A DNA stretch of 64,000 nucleotides from Methanobacteriota archaeon (GTDB lineage Archaea; Halobacteriota; Bog-38; Methanoflorentales; Methanoflorentaceae), in the NCBI GenBank assembly GCA_963719035.1, contig CAVRAO010000002.1:426846-490845 (forward strand), read 5' to 3'. The position numbers and the translations under genes are program-made. The notes beneath the pieces were generated by a model, which worked only from the letters and a program-made list of their open reading frames with translations, was not told the DNA's origin and searched no databases. Each line of letters starts with the position of its first letter. Position 1 is the stretch's first letter. Shown here piece after piece: positions 10,977 to 21,604 of this stretch.

Positions 10977-11927
10977 GTGAAAGAGGTACGCATACATGGC
11001 AGAGGCGGTCAGGGCTCCGTCACCGCCGCTGAACTACTCGCAGTCGCAGCTTTCGAGGATGGAAAATTTAGTCAAGCATTCCCCTTTTTTGGCGTTGAGA
11101 GACGCGGTGCACCGGTCACAGCATTTGCACGCCTAAGTGATAAGAAAATTCGACTGAGAAGCCAGATCTACGAACCTGACTATGTTATCGTTCAAGACGC
11201 AACGCTGATTTCAGCCGTTGATGTTACCGCTGGACTAAAGCCTGACGGAATCGTAATCGTTAACTCCGAAAAATCAGCTGAAGACGTTGGACTCGACGCA
11301 GGGATCGATGTACGGACGATCGATGCTACAGGATTAGCTTTGGATATTATCGGCAGGCCGATCGTTAACACAACCTTGCTAGGCGCATTCGCAGGCGGCA
11401 CCGGTGAGATCGGTATCGATTCGATCAAGCAATCGATTCTTGCTCGATTTCCTGGAAAAATCGGCGAAGTGAACGTGCAAGCTGCCGAAAAAGCCTACCA
11501 GCTTACGGCGTCCGCCAAAAGAAAGCCGCATAAAAAGATTAAATCTCGGAAAAAGGTCGCTGTTACAAAGGAATCGGAAAAAATCCAGATGGGGGCAATC
11601 GGAAAGCCCGGAACCTCAGAAGTCACACGAACTGGCGATTGGCGAACTTTTTACCCTGAATTTGACATGGAGCAATGCACTCGCTGCGGCAAATGTCAAG
11701 AGAGTTGTCCTGACGCGGCCATCCATGAGCGAGAGTTAAGCGGTCGCGAAGCCACAGAGGCCCTAAAGAGAGCAGAAGATCTTGAAAAAGCGGGTAAAAT
11801 AAAGAAGGCTGCTGCTAAGAAGGCACATATTCGGTATGAACTAGATCCGACATATTGCAAAGGGTGTGGGATATGCGCTAACGAGTGCCCGATTCAAGGT
11901 ATCAAGATGAAGCTGGAGGAAAAGTAG
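10977..11927 (+). CDS. porGD: pyruvate:ferredoxin oxidoreductase gamma subunit fused to delta (ferredoxin) subunit (PorG-PorD), Lys-rich linker
   Basis: N-terminal PorG (…[16 protein letters not shown]…); linker [18 protein letters not shown]; C-terminal 2x[4Fe-4S] ([12 protein letters not shown]; [12 protein letters not shown]); followed by porA, porB. Confidence 0.8.
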   Translation: MKEVRIHGRGGQGSVTAAELLAVAAFEDGKFSQAFPFFGVERRGAPVTAFARLSDKKIRLRSQIYEPDYVIVQDATLISAVDVTAGLKPDGIVIVNSEKSAEDVGLDAGIDVRTIDATGLALDIIGRPIVNTTLLGAFAGGTGEIGIDSIKQSILARFPGKIGEVNVQAAEKAYQLTASAKRKPHKKIKSRKKVAVTKESEKIQMGAIGKPGTSEVTRTGDWRTFYPEFDMEQCTRCGKCQESCPDAAIHERELSGREATEALKRAEDLEKAGKIKKAAAKKAHIRYELDPTYCKGCGICANECPIQGIKMKLEEK

Positions 11928-11928
11928 C

Positions 11929-13113
11929 ATGATAGATATAATGGAAGGCTCTCACGCAATTGCACTCGCAGTTAAAGCAGCGAGGCCAAACGTCGTGGCC
12001 GCTTATCCCATAACCCCTCAGACGCACATCGTTGAAGACATCTCCCAACTAATTGCCGATGGAGATCTCGAGGCGGAATACGTGAAAGTTGAGTCCGAGC
12101 ATTCTGCGATGTCAGTGTGTGTTGGAGCAAGCGCAACAGGGGCTCGAACGTATACTGCAACAACTTCACAAGGTCTAGCACTGATGCACGAGGTACTGTT
12201 CAACGCGGCAGGGATGCGATTGCCAATCGCTATGACAGTCGCCAACAGAGCGCTCTCCGCACCCCTTAACATATGGAATGACCATCAAGATTCTATTTCT
12301 GAGCGCGATTCAGGCTGGATTCAAATCTACGTAGAGGATAACACTGAAGCAAGCGATCTCACGATACAAGCATACAAAATCGCAGAAGATAAGAGAATTC
12401 AAGTCCCTATCATGGTGTGTATGGACGGCTTCACGCTCACACATACCTACGAACCCGTAGAACTCCTCGACCAAGATCTAGTTGATGATTTTTTGCCACC
12501 TTATGCACCGACAGACTACCTAACTGTTGACGATCCAAAGACCTTCGGCATGTTTGCTGATCCGAATTATTACACCGAGTTCCGCTACCAGAATCACCAA
12601 GCGCTAGAGGCAGCCAAAACGGTCATCGCAGAAGTGTCGAGAGAATTCGGTGAAGTTTTTGGAAGAGATCATGGTGGACTTATCGAAGAGTACCGCTGTG
12701 ATGGCGCCGAATACGTGTTGATGGCGATGGGATCTGTAGTCGGCACTTTGAAGGACACCGTTGACGATCTTCGAGACGCCGGTATTCGAGCAGGTGCTAT
12801 TAAGCTACGTTCATACCGTCCTTTTCCGGCCGAGGATGTTCGAAGCGCATTGGCTGACATAGAAGCCGTCGGCATTTTGGACAAAAACATCTCGCTTGGT
12901 TCTGGAGGGGCACTTTCTGCCGATGTGAAATCTGCCCTTTATCGCGGCAAGAGCACTCCAAAGGTGTTCAGCTTCATTGCGGGTCTTGGAGGGAGGGACA
13001 TACCGAAAGGAATGTTCGTTAAGATGTTTGACTGCATGCGCGAGAACAAGAAGATATCAACGAGTGAGTTTTTCGACTTAAGAACGGAGATTCTGGAGTT
13101 CCAAGAGGTTTAG
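11929..13113 (+). CDS. porA: pyruvate:ferredoxin oxidoreductase alpha subunit
   Basis: 394 aa; PFOR domain I signatures; operon position. Confidence 0.85.
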   Translation: MIDIMEGSHAIALAVKAARPNVVAAYPITPQTHIVEDISQLIADGDLEAEYVKVESEHSAMSVCVGASATGARTYTATTSQGLALMHEVLFNAAGMRLPIAMTVANRALSAPLNIWNDHQDSISERDSGWIQIYVEDNTEASDLTIQAYKIAEDKRIQVPIMVCMDGFTLTHTYEPVELLDQDLVDDFLPPYAPTDYLTVDDPKTFGMFADPNYYTEFRYQNHQALEAAKTVIAEVSREFGEVFGRDHGGLIEEYRCDGAEYVLMAMGSVVGTLKDTVDDLRDAGIRAGAIKLRSYRPFPAEDVRSALADIEAVGILDKNISLGSGGALSADVKSALYRGKSTPKVFSFIAGLGGRDIPKGMFVKMFDCMRENKKISTSEFFDLRTEILEFQEV

Positions 13114-13115
13114 AC

Positions 13116-14039
13116 ATGCAAGCAAAATACGATGAGGGATCGATAGACCTTTTAGCGTCCGGTCACAAAGCGTGCGCCGGATGTGGCGCGGCACTCACGA
13201 TACAGGCGATTCTAAGAGCGACCGGTGCAAAAGTACTTGTTGCAAACGCAACCGGCTGTATGGAAATCATTTCGTCGCAATATCCGCAATCCGCCTGGAA
13301 AGTACCGTGGATCCACTCTCTCTTTGAAAACACTGCGGCAGTCGCCTCTGGAATTGAAGTTGCGCTCAAAGCACTGGGCAGGAGCGAAGAGGGCAATGTG
13401 GTTGTAATAGCGGGTGACGGGGGGACTGTCGATATTGGCATGCAGGCTATCTCCGGAATGCTCGAGAGAGGTCACGACGTCTGCTATGTTTGCTACGACA
13501 ATGAAGCCTATATGAACACGGGAAACCAGCGAAGTGGCTCTACGCCGTTAGATGCGTCCACTACAACGAGTCCATTCGGCAAGAGATCGTTCGGAAATGA
13601 TCGACCGAAAAAGAACATGCCGGCTATAGCGGCAGCTCACGGGATTCCCTACGTAGCGACTACCTCTGTCGGCTATCCACGGGACTTAACAAAGAAAGTG
13701 CAAAAGGGCATTTCTGTCAGCGGCCCAGCGTATCTGCAAATTCACGCTCCCTGTAACATTGGATGGGGCTTCGACAGCGCGAAGACGATAGAAATCGCAC
13801 GACTCGCAGTAGACACCGGGCTTTGGATGATGTACGAAATCGTCAATGGGGAGCTCGTCAACGTAATGAAGGTGCGCAACCAACAACCCGTTGAAGACTA
13901 TCTCAAGCTCCAGAAGCGATTTGCTCACCTCTTCAAAATGCCTGGAGGCGACGCCCAGATCAAACTCATACAAGAGCTTGCAAATGATAACCTGAAGAGG
14001 TACACTCAGAAAGAAGCCGGTGACATTCAGACATCATAA
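13116..14039 (+). CDS. porB: pyruvate:ferredoxin oxidoreductase beta subunit (TPP-binding)
   Basis: 307 aa; GHKACAGCG… Cys cluster and TPP-binding GDGG motif. Confidence 0.85.
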   Translation: MQAKYDEGSIDLLASGHKACAGCGAALTIQAILRATGAKVLVANATGCMEIISSQYPQSAWKVPWIHSLFENTAAVASGIEVALKALGRSEEGNVVVIAGDGGTVDIGMQAISGMLERGHDVCYVCYDNEAYMNTGNQRSGSTPLDASTTTSPFGKRSFGNDRPKKNMPAIAAAHGIPYVATTSVGYPRDLTKKVQKGISVSGPAYLQIHAPCNIGWGFDSAKTIEIARLAVDTGLWMMYEIVNGELVNVMKVRNQQPVEDYLKLQKRFAHLFKMPGGDAQIKLIQELANDNLKRYTQKEAGDIQTS

Positions 14040-14129
14040 ATACTTCAACGAGGCGTTACCTGTCCCTAAACTGTTAACTGACGATTCAAAGCTGAAGGGG
14101 CGATTGAGAGTCACACGTCTTATTCAAAC

Positions 14130-15356
14130 TCATTCAAGCTCTGAGAGGGTAGAATAAAGCGCATCAAAATTCGCATCTACCTCAATAGGTGGGTGGCAGG
14201 CTTTCATAATGGCTTCTGGGTCTTTCAGAAGATGGCCTGTTGCAACGCAAACAACAACCTCATCGCGATCTACGGTCCCTTGCGCAATGAGCTTCCGCAG
14301 TCCTGCGAGAGAAGCTGCACTTGCCGGTTCAACGCCGATGCCCTCTAACCGTGCCAAGTCTTTTTGAGCTTTGAGGATCTCTTGATCTGTTACAGATTCT
14401 GCGGTGCCGTTAGATTGTCTGATCGCTCGTAAGGCTTTTGGAGCGTTGATAGGGTCGCCAATTCTGATCGCTGTCGCAACGGTTTTGGGTTCAGCCACTG
14501 GTTCAATCCGATCCAACCCACGGCGAAAAGCGTTCACAATCGGAGCAGAACGGCTTGCCTGTATTCCTGTCATCATCGGGACGTTGTGAATGATATCTAG
14601 TTCGCGGAATTCTTTAAACCCTTTATAAATTGCGCTGATATTTCCTGCGTTGCCAACGGGCAAGATTACCCTGTCCGGGACGTTCTCCTTCTCATTCTTA
14701 ATTGTGGCAAGTTGATCAATCGTTTCAAATGCAATCGTCTTTTGTCCTTCGAGCCTGTAAGGGTTTACTGAGTTTAACAAGTAGAACCCTTTTTCTGAGC
14801 AGACTCTTTGAATGAGAAGGAGAGCATCGTCGAAGTTGCCTTTAACGGCCACCACAATAGCACCGTGCATGAGTGCTTGGGCGACCTTTCCTAATGCTAC
14901 ATAGCCACTGGGTAAGAGGACAAGTGCCTTCATACCGGCTTTTGCAGCGTAAATCGCCATAGAGGCTGACGTATTCCCGGTAGAAGCACACGCTAATATC
15001 TTCATCCCGAGTTCCGCGGCCCTCGAGACCCCCACTGTCATGCCCCTATCTTTAAACGACCCCGTTGGATTCATCCCTTCGTGTTTAACGTAAAGCTCCT
15101 TGACACCGCATTCTGCTTCAAGCCGTTTACACCTATAGAGGGGCGTGCCCCCCTCCATTAGCGAGATGGGAACTCCTGAAATCGGAAGGAGTTCGCGATA
15201 TTTCCATACGTGTGGCGGAATAGCTGTGCGGTCTCTTAAACTGAAGTTAATTTCCGACAGGTCATACCTGATTTCAAGGAGGCCATCGCAACTGCATGTA
15301 TTCACGACGGTCGAGAGGTCGTGTTTCTTGCCGCACTCGATACATTCTAAATTCAT
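14130..15356 (-). CDS. thrC: threonine synthase
   Basis: 408 aa; N-terminal zinc-ribbon (CIECGKKHD…CSCDG), PLP-fold signatures (…SFKDRG…). Confidence 0.85.
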   Translation of the reverse strand: MNLECIECGKKHDLSTVVNTCSCDGLLEIRYDLSEINFSLRDRTAIPPHVWKYRELLPISGVPISLMEGGTPLYRCKRLEAECGVKELYVKHEGMNPTGSFKDRGMTVGVSRAAELGMKILACASTGNTSASMAIYAAKAGMKALVLLPSGYVALGKVAQALMHGAIVVAVKGNFDDALLLIQRVCSEKGFYLLNSVNPYRLEGQKTIAFETIDQLATIKNEKENVPDRVILPVGNAGNISAIYKGFKEFRELDIIHNVPMMTGIQASRSAPIVNAFRRGLDRIEPVAEPKTVATAIRIGDPINAPKALRAIRQSNGTAESVTDQEILKAQKDLARLEGIGVEPASAASLAGLRKLIAQGTVDRDEVVVCVATGHLLKDPEAIMKACHPPIEVDANFDALYSTLSELE

Positions 15357-15360
15357 TTCG

Positions 15361-18185
15361 TCAACCTGTTTGCTCGATTTCCTCGAGCTTGTCGCTTACG
15401 AGCCTCAACGCTTTGTCCACGGCCTCATAGATCTTGTCAGCGTCTGGGCCGCCTCCCTGCGCTCTCTCAAGCCGCCCACCCCCATTGCCGCCGAGTATAC
15501 TACTCGCCTCTTTTGCTATCAAAGCCGCGTTTAAACCTTTTTTCGCTATATCAGAGCGAACTGTAATAACGATATGTGCTTGGCCTGAACTTACACCTCC
15601 AAGGATGGCCACTGTATTGTCGTTTACCAGTCCCTGCGAGGTATGCAGTAGCTCTTTTATATCAGCGTCAATTATCCAGCTTAAGATCTTAATGTATTCG
15701 GTCCCAAGCTTCATTTCTTTTACTAACGGCTTTGATGCTTTAACCTCACTATCCTTAACTTCCACTTCCGCAGAGGTTTTTTTTGCGGCCTGAAGTCTAA
15801 CCTCAGTCAGTTTCTTCTTTAGTTCAGCATTCTCTTTGCCTCTTTGTTTCCACTCCTGAAAAAAGCGACCTGCTGTTAACGGAAGTTGTTCTGTTGGGAC
15901 TCGCAGCACGCGAGAGGATTCGCTAAGGATCATATCGCGCTGCTGATCGTATAAAACGGCAGCTACACCAGCAGCAAATTCAAAGCGTTCAACTCCATCT
16001 TGTATTCGCTCTGTCCTGATGATTCGCAATGGTCCGATTTTTCCAGGTACTGGTCATATGGGTTCCAGCGCATGCCTGGACGTCGCTGCCGACTCTGACG
16101 ATTCGAATAACCTCTCCCGGCGGCACGCCACCCTGGTAAAGACCAAATCCGTATGTCTGTTCTGCTTCGTTGCGGTCCATCCACTTCTGCTCTACCGCGG
16201 TGTCGGTCATAATCAATTCATTTGCTCTGAGCTCAATCTTTTTCCTTTCGTCATCAGTCACTTTCTTGTAGTGCGAAACGTCAAGACGCGAGCTTTTGAC
16301 ACCCTTCTGTGCTCCTTCCTGCCAGATGTGACCCCCTAGTTCGTCTCTAATAGATGCAAGCAGAACGTGTGTTGCAGTATGATGGCGGGCGAGAGACTGC
16401 CTTCTTTTTACGTCTATATCACCTGTTACTTGATCGCCAACCGAAAAAGGCGCGACGTCCTCAACTTCATGTATAATCGCATGCCCCTGAAGTCGTGCTA
16501 GACGCACTCGAACTTTCTTTCCCGATTGTGCCGTAAAATAGCCCGTGTCTTCTGGCTGTCCACCGCCACCAGGGTAGAACAACGTTTTATCCAGAATTAT
16601 GCCGTCTTCCAGTATCCCAACTATATGAGCTTCAAAGGTCACCTGTTCAGGTTCATCGTAGAATAATCGACGGGTCACAGGCAAGCTTTGAACAGCTTCG
16701 GGGGTTAATTCTTCGACTTCTTCAAACCGTTCATGTGTCGCTGCGACTAGCGAATAAAAATCGTCCAGCAGTTCAACGCGCGCACCAATTTCCGTAGCTA
16801 CTTCTTTAACAATCTCTGGAGGCACACCATGGGAGTCGTACATCTTAATGACCTCAGCAGTTGGAAAACTCTGCCCTCGATAACGCTGCGCCAAGCTTGA
16901 CACACGTCTCCTACCCTTATCTATGGTGCTGCTATACTTCTCAGTTTCATTTCGTATTATGTCAATTACGGTGTCTGCCCGCTCTGTGTATTTAGGAAAA
17001 GCGTTAAGGCCCTCTATCTGTTTCACGATGATCTTTTCTAACGGGATAACAGAACTCAAACTCTGCAACGAGCGGAGTAACCTTTCTTATTACTAGACGA
17101 GCGAGATATCCAGCTTTCACGTTAGAAGGGACTACCCCATCACCTAACATGAAAACAAGACACCGCGAGTGATCGGCAATTGTGTATAACGTCTCAATAG
17201 GTTCCACAATTCTTACCAGCTCGTCAACATCGATGCCTATACTCCTAGCAACTCTTTTCCGAAGATCGAGCAAGTTGGAAGCGTTCAAGTCAACCATGCC
17301 AGCAAATCGCGCATTTTGGGCTAAAATATGTGAATAATAGGGGTCTTCAAGCGAGTGCTCAAGGCCGGTACATTCGATCAGATAGTTTACAATGTCTGGC
17401 ATTACAGCGTCGTATATCGTAGGCATGCCGTTACCTGCCCATACCATACGTTCTAAACCATAACCTGTATCAACGATCGAATTTTTCATGTGCGTATAGC
17501 ACTCACCTTTGATCGTTGTCCCGGTTTTTGACCGCTCCATGTCCATAAAAACGAGCGTAGCAAGCTCTAAACCACCAACAAGCACCTCTAAAGAGATTCC
17601 AGCATTACCACCGCCTGCCCAAGGGGTCTCCTTATAAGTAACGGACGCGGGTGCTGCTCCAAGCTCGTGCAACAGACTATCGCAATACTGCACGGTTTCA
17701 TTTTTCCAATAGATGTGATTATCAAGATCGTTAAACGCGTGATGGGCCATCATTTCAAAGTTAGTTAAGTGCCTACCACTTTTACCGACCGTATCAATAT
17801 CCTTTAGCCGAATGCAAGGCTGTGATATCGTGAGTGGGTTGGCAGGTGGGGGAACCTTTCCTGAGGTTACAAGCGGCTGAAAATCGTAAATAGAAGCGTT
17901 TACTAACAGCACATCTTCCCTCCACCGAGCAATTACGGGGTACGGAGAGATGCGCACATGCCCCCGGCGCTCAAAAAACGATAGATAGGCTTCCCTAAGT
18001 GCATCAGGCTCATGCTTTTTCAAAACGGGAGCTCCGATAAACGTATATGGCGCGCACGGTGCGTCACCACACGTATCTTGCTCTTCTCGCGCCCAAAAGC
18101 GACTACCGCAGCTGCTGCATGATCTTGATTCGAAGTTGTTGTTTAAATATTCAAGAGCACCAAGGCTTAACTGCTTGTTTACCAT
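15361..18185 (-). pseudogene. alaS: alanyl-tRNA synthetase split into three overlapping ORFs (17004..18185, 15989..17068, 15361..16029) by two apparent single-nt frameshifts
   Basis: N-terminal archaeal AlaRS catalytic domain, middle editing domain (HTATHVL… / CAGTH…), C-terminal DHHA1-like domain (GGNGGGRLERAQGGG) are in three different frames. Junctions near 17030-17100 and 16041-16050. Confidence 0.8.
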
Positions 18186-18288
18186 TTAGCACCGTCACGT
18201 GACAATATCAGCTTAAAAAGGCTGGATTGCCCTTTTTTAAGTAACTGGGTAGAAAGTATTAAAACGTTGCGCAGCTTAGTAAGAGCAT

Positions 18289-18492
18289 ATGAGTGAAGAG
18301 AGAGCCACCGAAGACGCTCAAGACGTTATAAAGAGGCTCAAGAAGCTAGTCGAGGCGGAATGTGGCCCCATCTTTATTTCTAAAATGCAGATTAGGGACC
18401 TCGCAGATTTATATAAGACGTATAAAAAGGAGTACGGACCAGATTTTGCAGCTGAAGAGATACAAAACAGGATTAAATCACAGTTGCGGTAG
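18289..18492 (+). CDS. small hypothetical protein (67 aa)
   Basis: ORF only; charged helical sequence upstream of pdxS. Confidence 0.25.
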   Translation: MSEERATEDAQDVIKRLKKLVEAECGPIFISKMQIRDLADLYKTYKKEYGPDFAAEEIQNRIKSQLR

Positions 18493-18552
18493 ACGGCTAC
18501 ATAAGGTTTATCTGTTCAAATGTTTATAACCTCGACCAAGAGAGTGATTTAA

Positions 18553-19449
18553 GTGGACATTGAAAAACTGCATCGCGGCACTGAATTGCTGAAAAGGGGT
18601 TTCGCCAAAATGCAGAAAGGCGGGGTCATAATGGATGTGACCACCGCAGAACAAGCGATTATCGCCGAAAAAGCCGGAGCTGTTGCAGTAATGGCGCTCC
18701 ACGCTGTTCCTGCAGATATACGCAAGGCCGGGGGTGTTGCACGAATGGCCGACCCCTTAATTATCTCAGAGATTATTGATGCAGTTTCTATACCTGTCAT
18801 GGCCAAGACAAGGATAGGCCATTTCGTAGAGGCTGAGATCTTAGAAGCGCTAGGCGTCGATATGATTGACGAGTCCGAAGTACTAACTCCTGCCGACGAG
18901 CAATTTCATATTGAGAAGCTTCATTTTACCACTCCTTTTATATGCGGAGCGCGAGACCTTGGAGAAGCCTTAAGGCGGATTAACGAAGGAGCAGCAATGA
19001 TCCGCACGAAAGGCGAAGCAGGAACTGGAGACGTATCAGAAGCCGTGAGACACATGCGGGCAATAATGAGTAAGATCAGAGAACTCAAAGGCAAAACCGA
19101 GCAAGAAATCAACCGCGTCGCCCGTGAAATCGAAGCACCCTATGAATTAACAGCCGAAACAGCTGAAATGCAGAGGTTGCCTGTAGTTAATTTCGCCGCC
19201 GGAGGAATCGCTACACCGGCCGACGCCGCACTTATGATGAAAATGGGCGCCGACGGTGTTTTCGTTGGTTCTGGAATCTTTAAATCAGAACAACCGGAAG
19301 TGATGGCTAAGGCTATCGTTGAAGCGGTCAATAACTTCGACGATCCTAAAGCATTGGCAGAAATCTCCAAAGGTTTAGGGCTGCCTATGAAAGGTATGTC
19401 AATAGGTCAGATACCGAAGGAAGAAATCTTGCAGACTCGTGGGTGGTAA
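18553..19449 (+). CDS. pdxS: pyridoxal 5'-phosphate synthase lyase subunit PdxS (GTG start)
   Basis: 298 aa; near-complete PdxS/SNZ signature (…GGVIMDV…AEQA…AEKAGA…, …[16 protein letters not shown]…[12 protein letters not shown]…). Confidence 0.9.
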   Translation: MDIEKLHRGTELLKRGFAKMQKGGVIMDVTTAEQAIIAEKAGAVAVMALHAVPADIRKAGGVARMADPLIISEIIDAVSIPVMAKTRIGHFVEAEILEALGVDMIDESEVLTPADEQFHIEKLHFTTPFICGARDLGEALRRINEGAAMIRTKGEAGTGDVSEAVRHMRAIMSKIRELKGKTEQEINRVAREIEAPYELTAETAEMQRLPVVNFAAGGIATPADAALMMKMGADGVFVGSGIFKSEQPEVMAKAIVEAVNNFDDPKALAEISKGLGLPMKGMSIGQIPKEEILQTRGW

Positions 19450-19723
19450 GCAGATCCTCAAAGGCCCATCAGATTCGCACACAGACTCATTAGAGTCAGA
19501 ATTGAACATTTTTTCGAGTGAAGAATTCTCTTTCTGCTTGACCTTTCTATCTGTGAATTTTAGAGATGCAAAAACCTGCTAAAAAATCAGCTTGCTAACA
19601 TAAAGCGGTCAAGCAAAAACGCTGCTATATAAGGCTCTGCAGCTTTGAAAAATGCCTGGCAGGTAACCTATAAGAAATTACGTGTAACCAAACAGTCGCA
19701 AGCACCACTTGCTGAAACTCGCT

Positions 19724-20731
19724 CTACAGCGACTTTATGAAATCATAAGTTAGCTTTCTTACTTCAGCGAGTAGATCCAAGTAATCTTTTGTTGAAAAAG
19801 TCAGTGGTATCAGTTCTCCCAAGGATGCAGTGCTAGGCCACTGGGCTGGTGCTGGCGTGTTTAGCACAACATAGTCCTCATTTTGAATATTCGATTCCTC
19901 TAGTATTTTCTCAAGTGCGTATACTGAGCGGTTCTCAAATACAGGGATCTGATAATATTCTTCAATCGTAGGGTATGTGTCGCCGTCACGCGTGTAGTTT
20001 ACGTACGTCGTTGCATTGATCAAACGATATGGAGGGAATACCTCTTCCCTGCTTACGTCGAGATAATCCGCATCATCCCATTCGACAGAGCCAAACAGCT
20101 CACGATGTATCCACTTGAGATCAGCTCTTCGGTGCAACGACCTCGCGATGTCGATACATTTTAGCAGTATGACGCTGAGCGTTTCATTAGAATCGAGATC
20201 ATCTTTTACTTCGCTTATCTTCTTCGTCAGACCCTGTTGATCAAGCACAGACTCATTGGGTGTGATCGCCTCATTGTAACTTAATGCAGTAAGCTCCTCA
20301 TGAATCTCCGCAGCCTGATCAGCACTCGCTGTAACTGCTGCCACATTAACGTTACCCTTAATTATTATGGTAGTATCATGAGGAAGTTGCGGAGCTGGCA
20401 TTTGCTCCCTTTCCTCTAAATGTAAATCGTGAAAAAGGTCAGATGTAGGTGGGACAACCTCTTTCTCCGATGCCTCCGAAAGCGGTATCGCCGTTGTTTC
20501 TCTAAATGCTTCGGGGGTAGCTATCTCTTCAAAGCTTTCGGTATTAGGGGCTTCCTGATCGACGGACGTTCTTGCTTCTTGTGCCGTCGCACTCCGCCGA
20601 CGGGCTCTTATTACTAATGCAACAGCAATGATAATTATCAAAACAGCCAACCCAATTGCTATAATGACACCCGTACTTTGAGAGAGTTGCAAGTTACTGG
20701 GCAGTTGGGGGACAGTTTGTAAGATTGACAT
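19724..20731 (-). CDS. single-pass membrane-anchored hypothetical protein (335 aa) with acidic linker and C-terminal globular domain
   Basis: N-terminal TM (VIIAIGLAVLIIIIAVALVI) followed by RARRR; no recognisable domain. Confidence 0.45.
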   Translation of the reverse strand: MSILQTVPQLPSNLQLSQSTGVIIAIGLAVLIIIIAVALVIRARRRSATAQEARTSVDQEAPNTESFEEIATPEAFRETTAIPLSEASEKEVVPPTSDLFHDLHLEEREQMPAPQLPHDTTIIIKGNVNVAAVTASADQAAEIHEELTALSYNEAITPNESVLDQQGLTKKISEVKDDLDSNETLSVILLKCIDIARSLHRRADLKWIHRELFGSVEWDDADYLDVSREEVFPPYRLINATTYVNYTRDGDTYPTIEEYYQIPVFENRSVYALEKILEESNIQNEDYVVLNTPAPAQWPSTASLGELIPLTFSTKDYLDLLAEVRKLTYDFIKSL

Positions 20732-21286
20732 CAGATCACCTCAGAAACTACTTATGAGTATAGATAGATGCTCATAGATAAACCCTCTGGTGCGTTGTAT
20801 TACGCTACAGCAAGCAGCTCGTCCGGTGAAGGTGTTTACCGTATTCGCCTTAAGCATCCGAAAGTTAAGGTTAATCTGAAGTCAAAGGTTACTAAGTGAA
20901 TTCATGCAAGGGGACTTTCCTCTGCACGACCAAAGATAAAAAAGTGACCCTTCACTAACCACGACAAAACGATCTTGAACGCTGCGTATTTGAGGAGTCA
21001 GTTTCAACTTTGCTAATATCAAGCTTTTAGCTTAAAGTCAGTCTTCTTGTTGCTGGAAGCAGCAAAAGACACACAATGCCTTTTATTTCGTCAAACTGTA
21101 AGATCTTGGAGCTTAGAGTCGCCCATCTATTCATTTTCAGCTTCTCAAATCACTGCAGAATGACAGATTAGCTGGTCGGCCTGTGAAAAGACAAGCGTTG
21201 CGATATGGAAACGTTTTTAGACTAGAAGAGCCTAACCGAAGGGGTGGCCTTTCTACGGGGGTTTCTACTGAATTGGCAGGTGCGCA

Positions 21287-21514
21287 ATGACATTTAAGGA
21301 TTCGCTTATCTCAGCGTTACTGATTGTCGCAGTAATTGTTATACTGATCCTCTTTTTACTGCTTGGTTGGTGGATTGGTAGTCTGATACTCCCCATGCTA
21401 GCGTTCAGCGGCTGGCTTAACATCTTCGCCATCATCATCCAAACCGTGGTCGGCTTGCTCATAATTGGGGTCGTAATCGTAATTGTCGGCTACATCGCTT
21501 TGAAACTTATATAG
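21287..21514 (+). CDS. small two-TM membrane protein (75 aa)
   Basis: Entirely hydrophobic ORF; uncertain. Confidence 0.3.
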   Translation: MTFKDSLISALLIVAVIVILILFLLLGWWIGSLILPMLAFSGWLNIFAIIIQTVVGLLIIGVVIVIVGYIALKLI

Positions 21515-21604
21515 CCGAAGCGGGCTTTCAAAGCTCCTTTTTTTATTTTTTTAAGCTGCAAACGACGCTGTGTCAGCTCATAGATGATGCAACGTAACAG
21601 GTCG

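Noticed and set aside
20905-20925. AGGAAAGTCC decamer (minus strand), reminiscent of RNase P RNA CR-I
   Set aside because: What follows is CCCTTGC rather than the conserved GGGCUCC. No CR-V/P4 partner lies at the right distance, and the available space is too short for an RNase P RNA.
21045-21070. GGAAGCAGCAA resembling SRP RNA helix-8 motif
   Set aside because: It is a perfect symmetric hairpin (TTGCTG-GAAG-CAGCAA) and lacks the asymmetric internal loops of SRP domain IV; no Alu-domain-like 5' end nearby.
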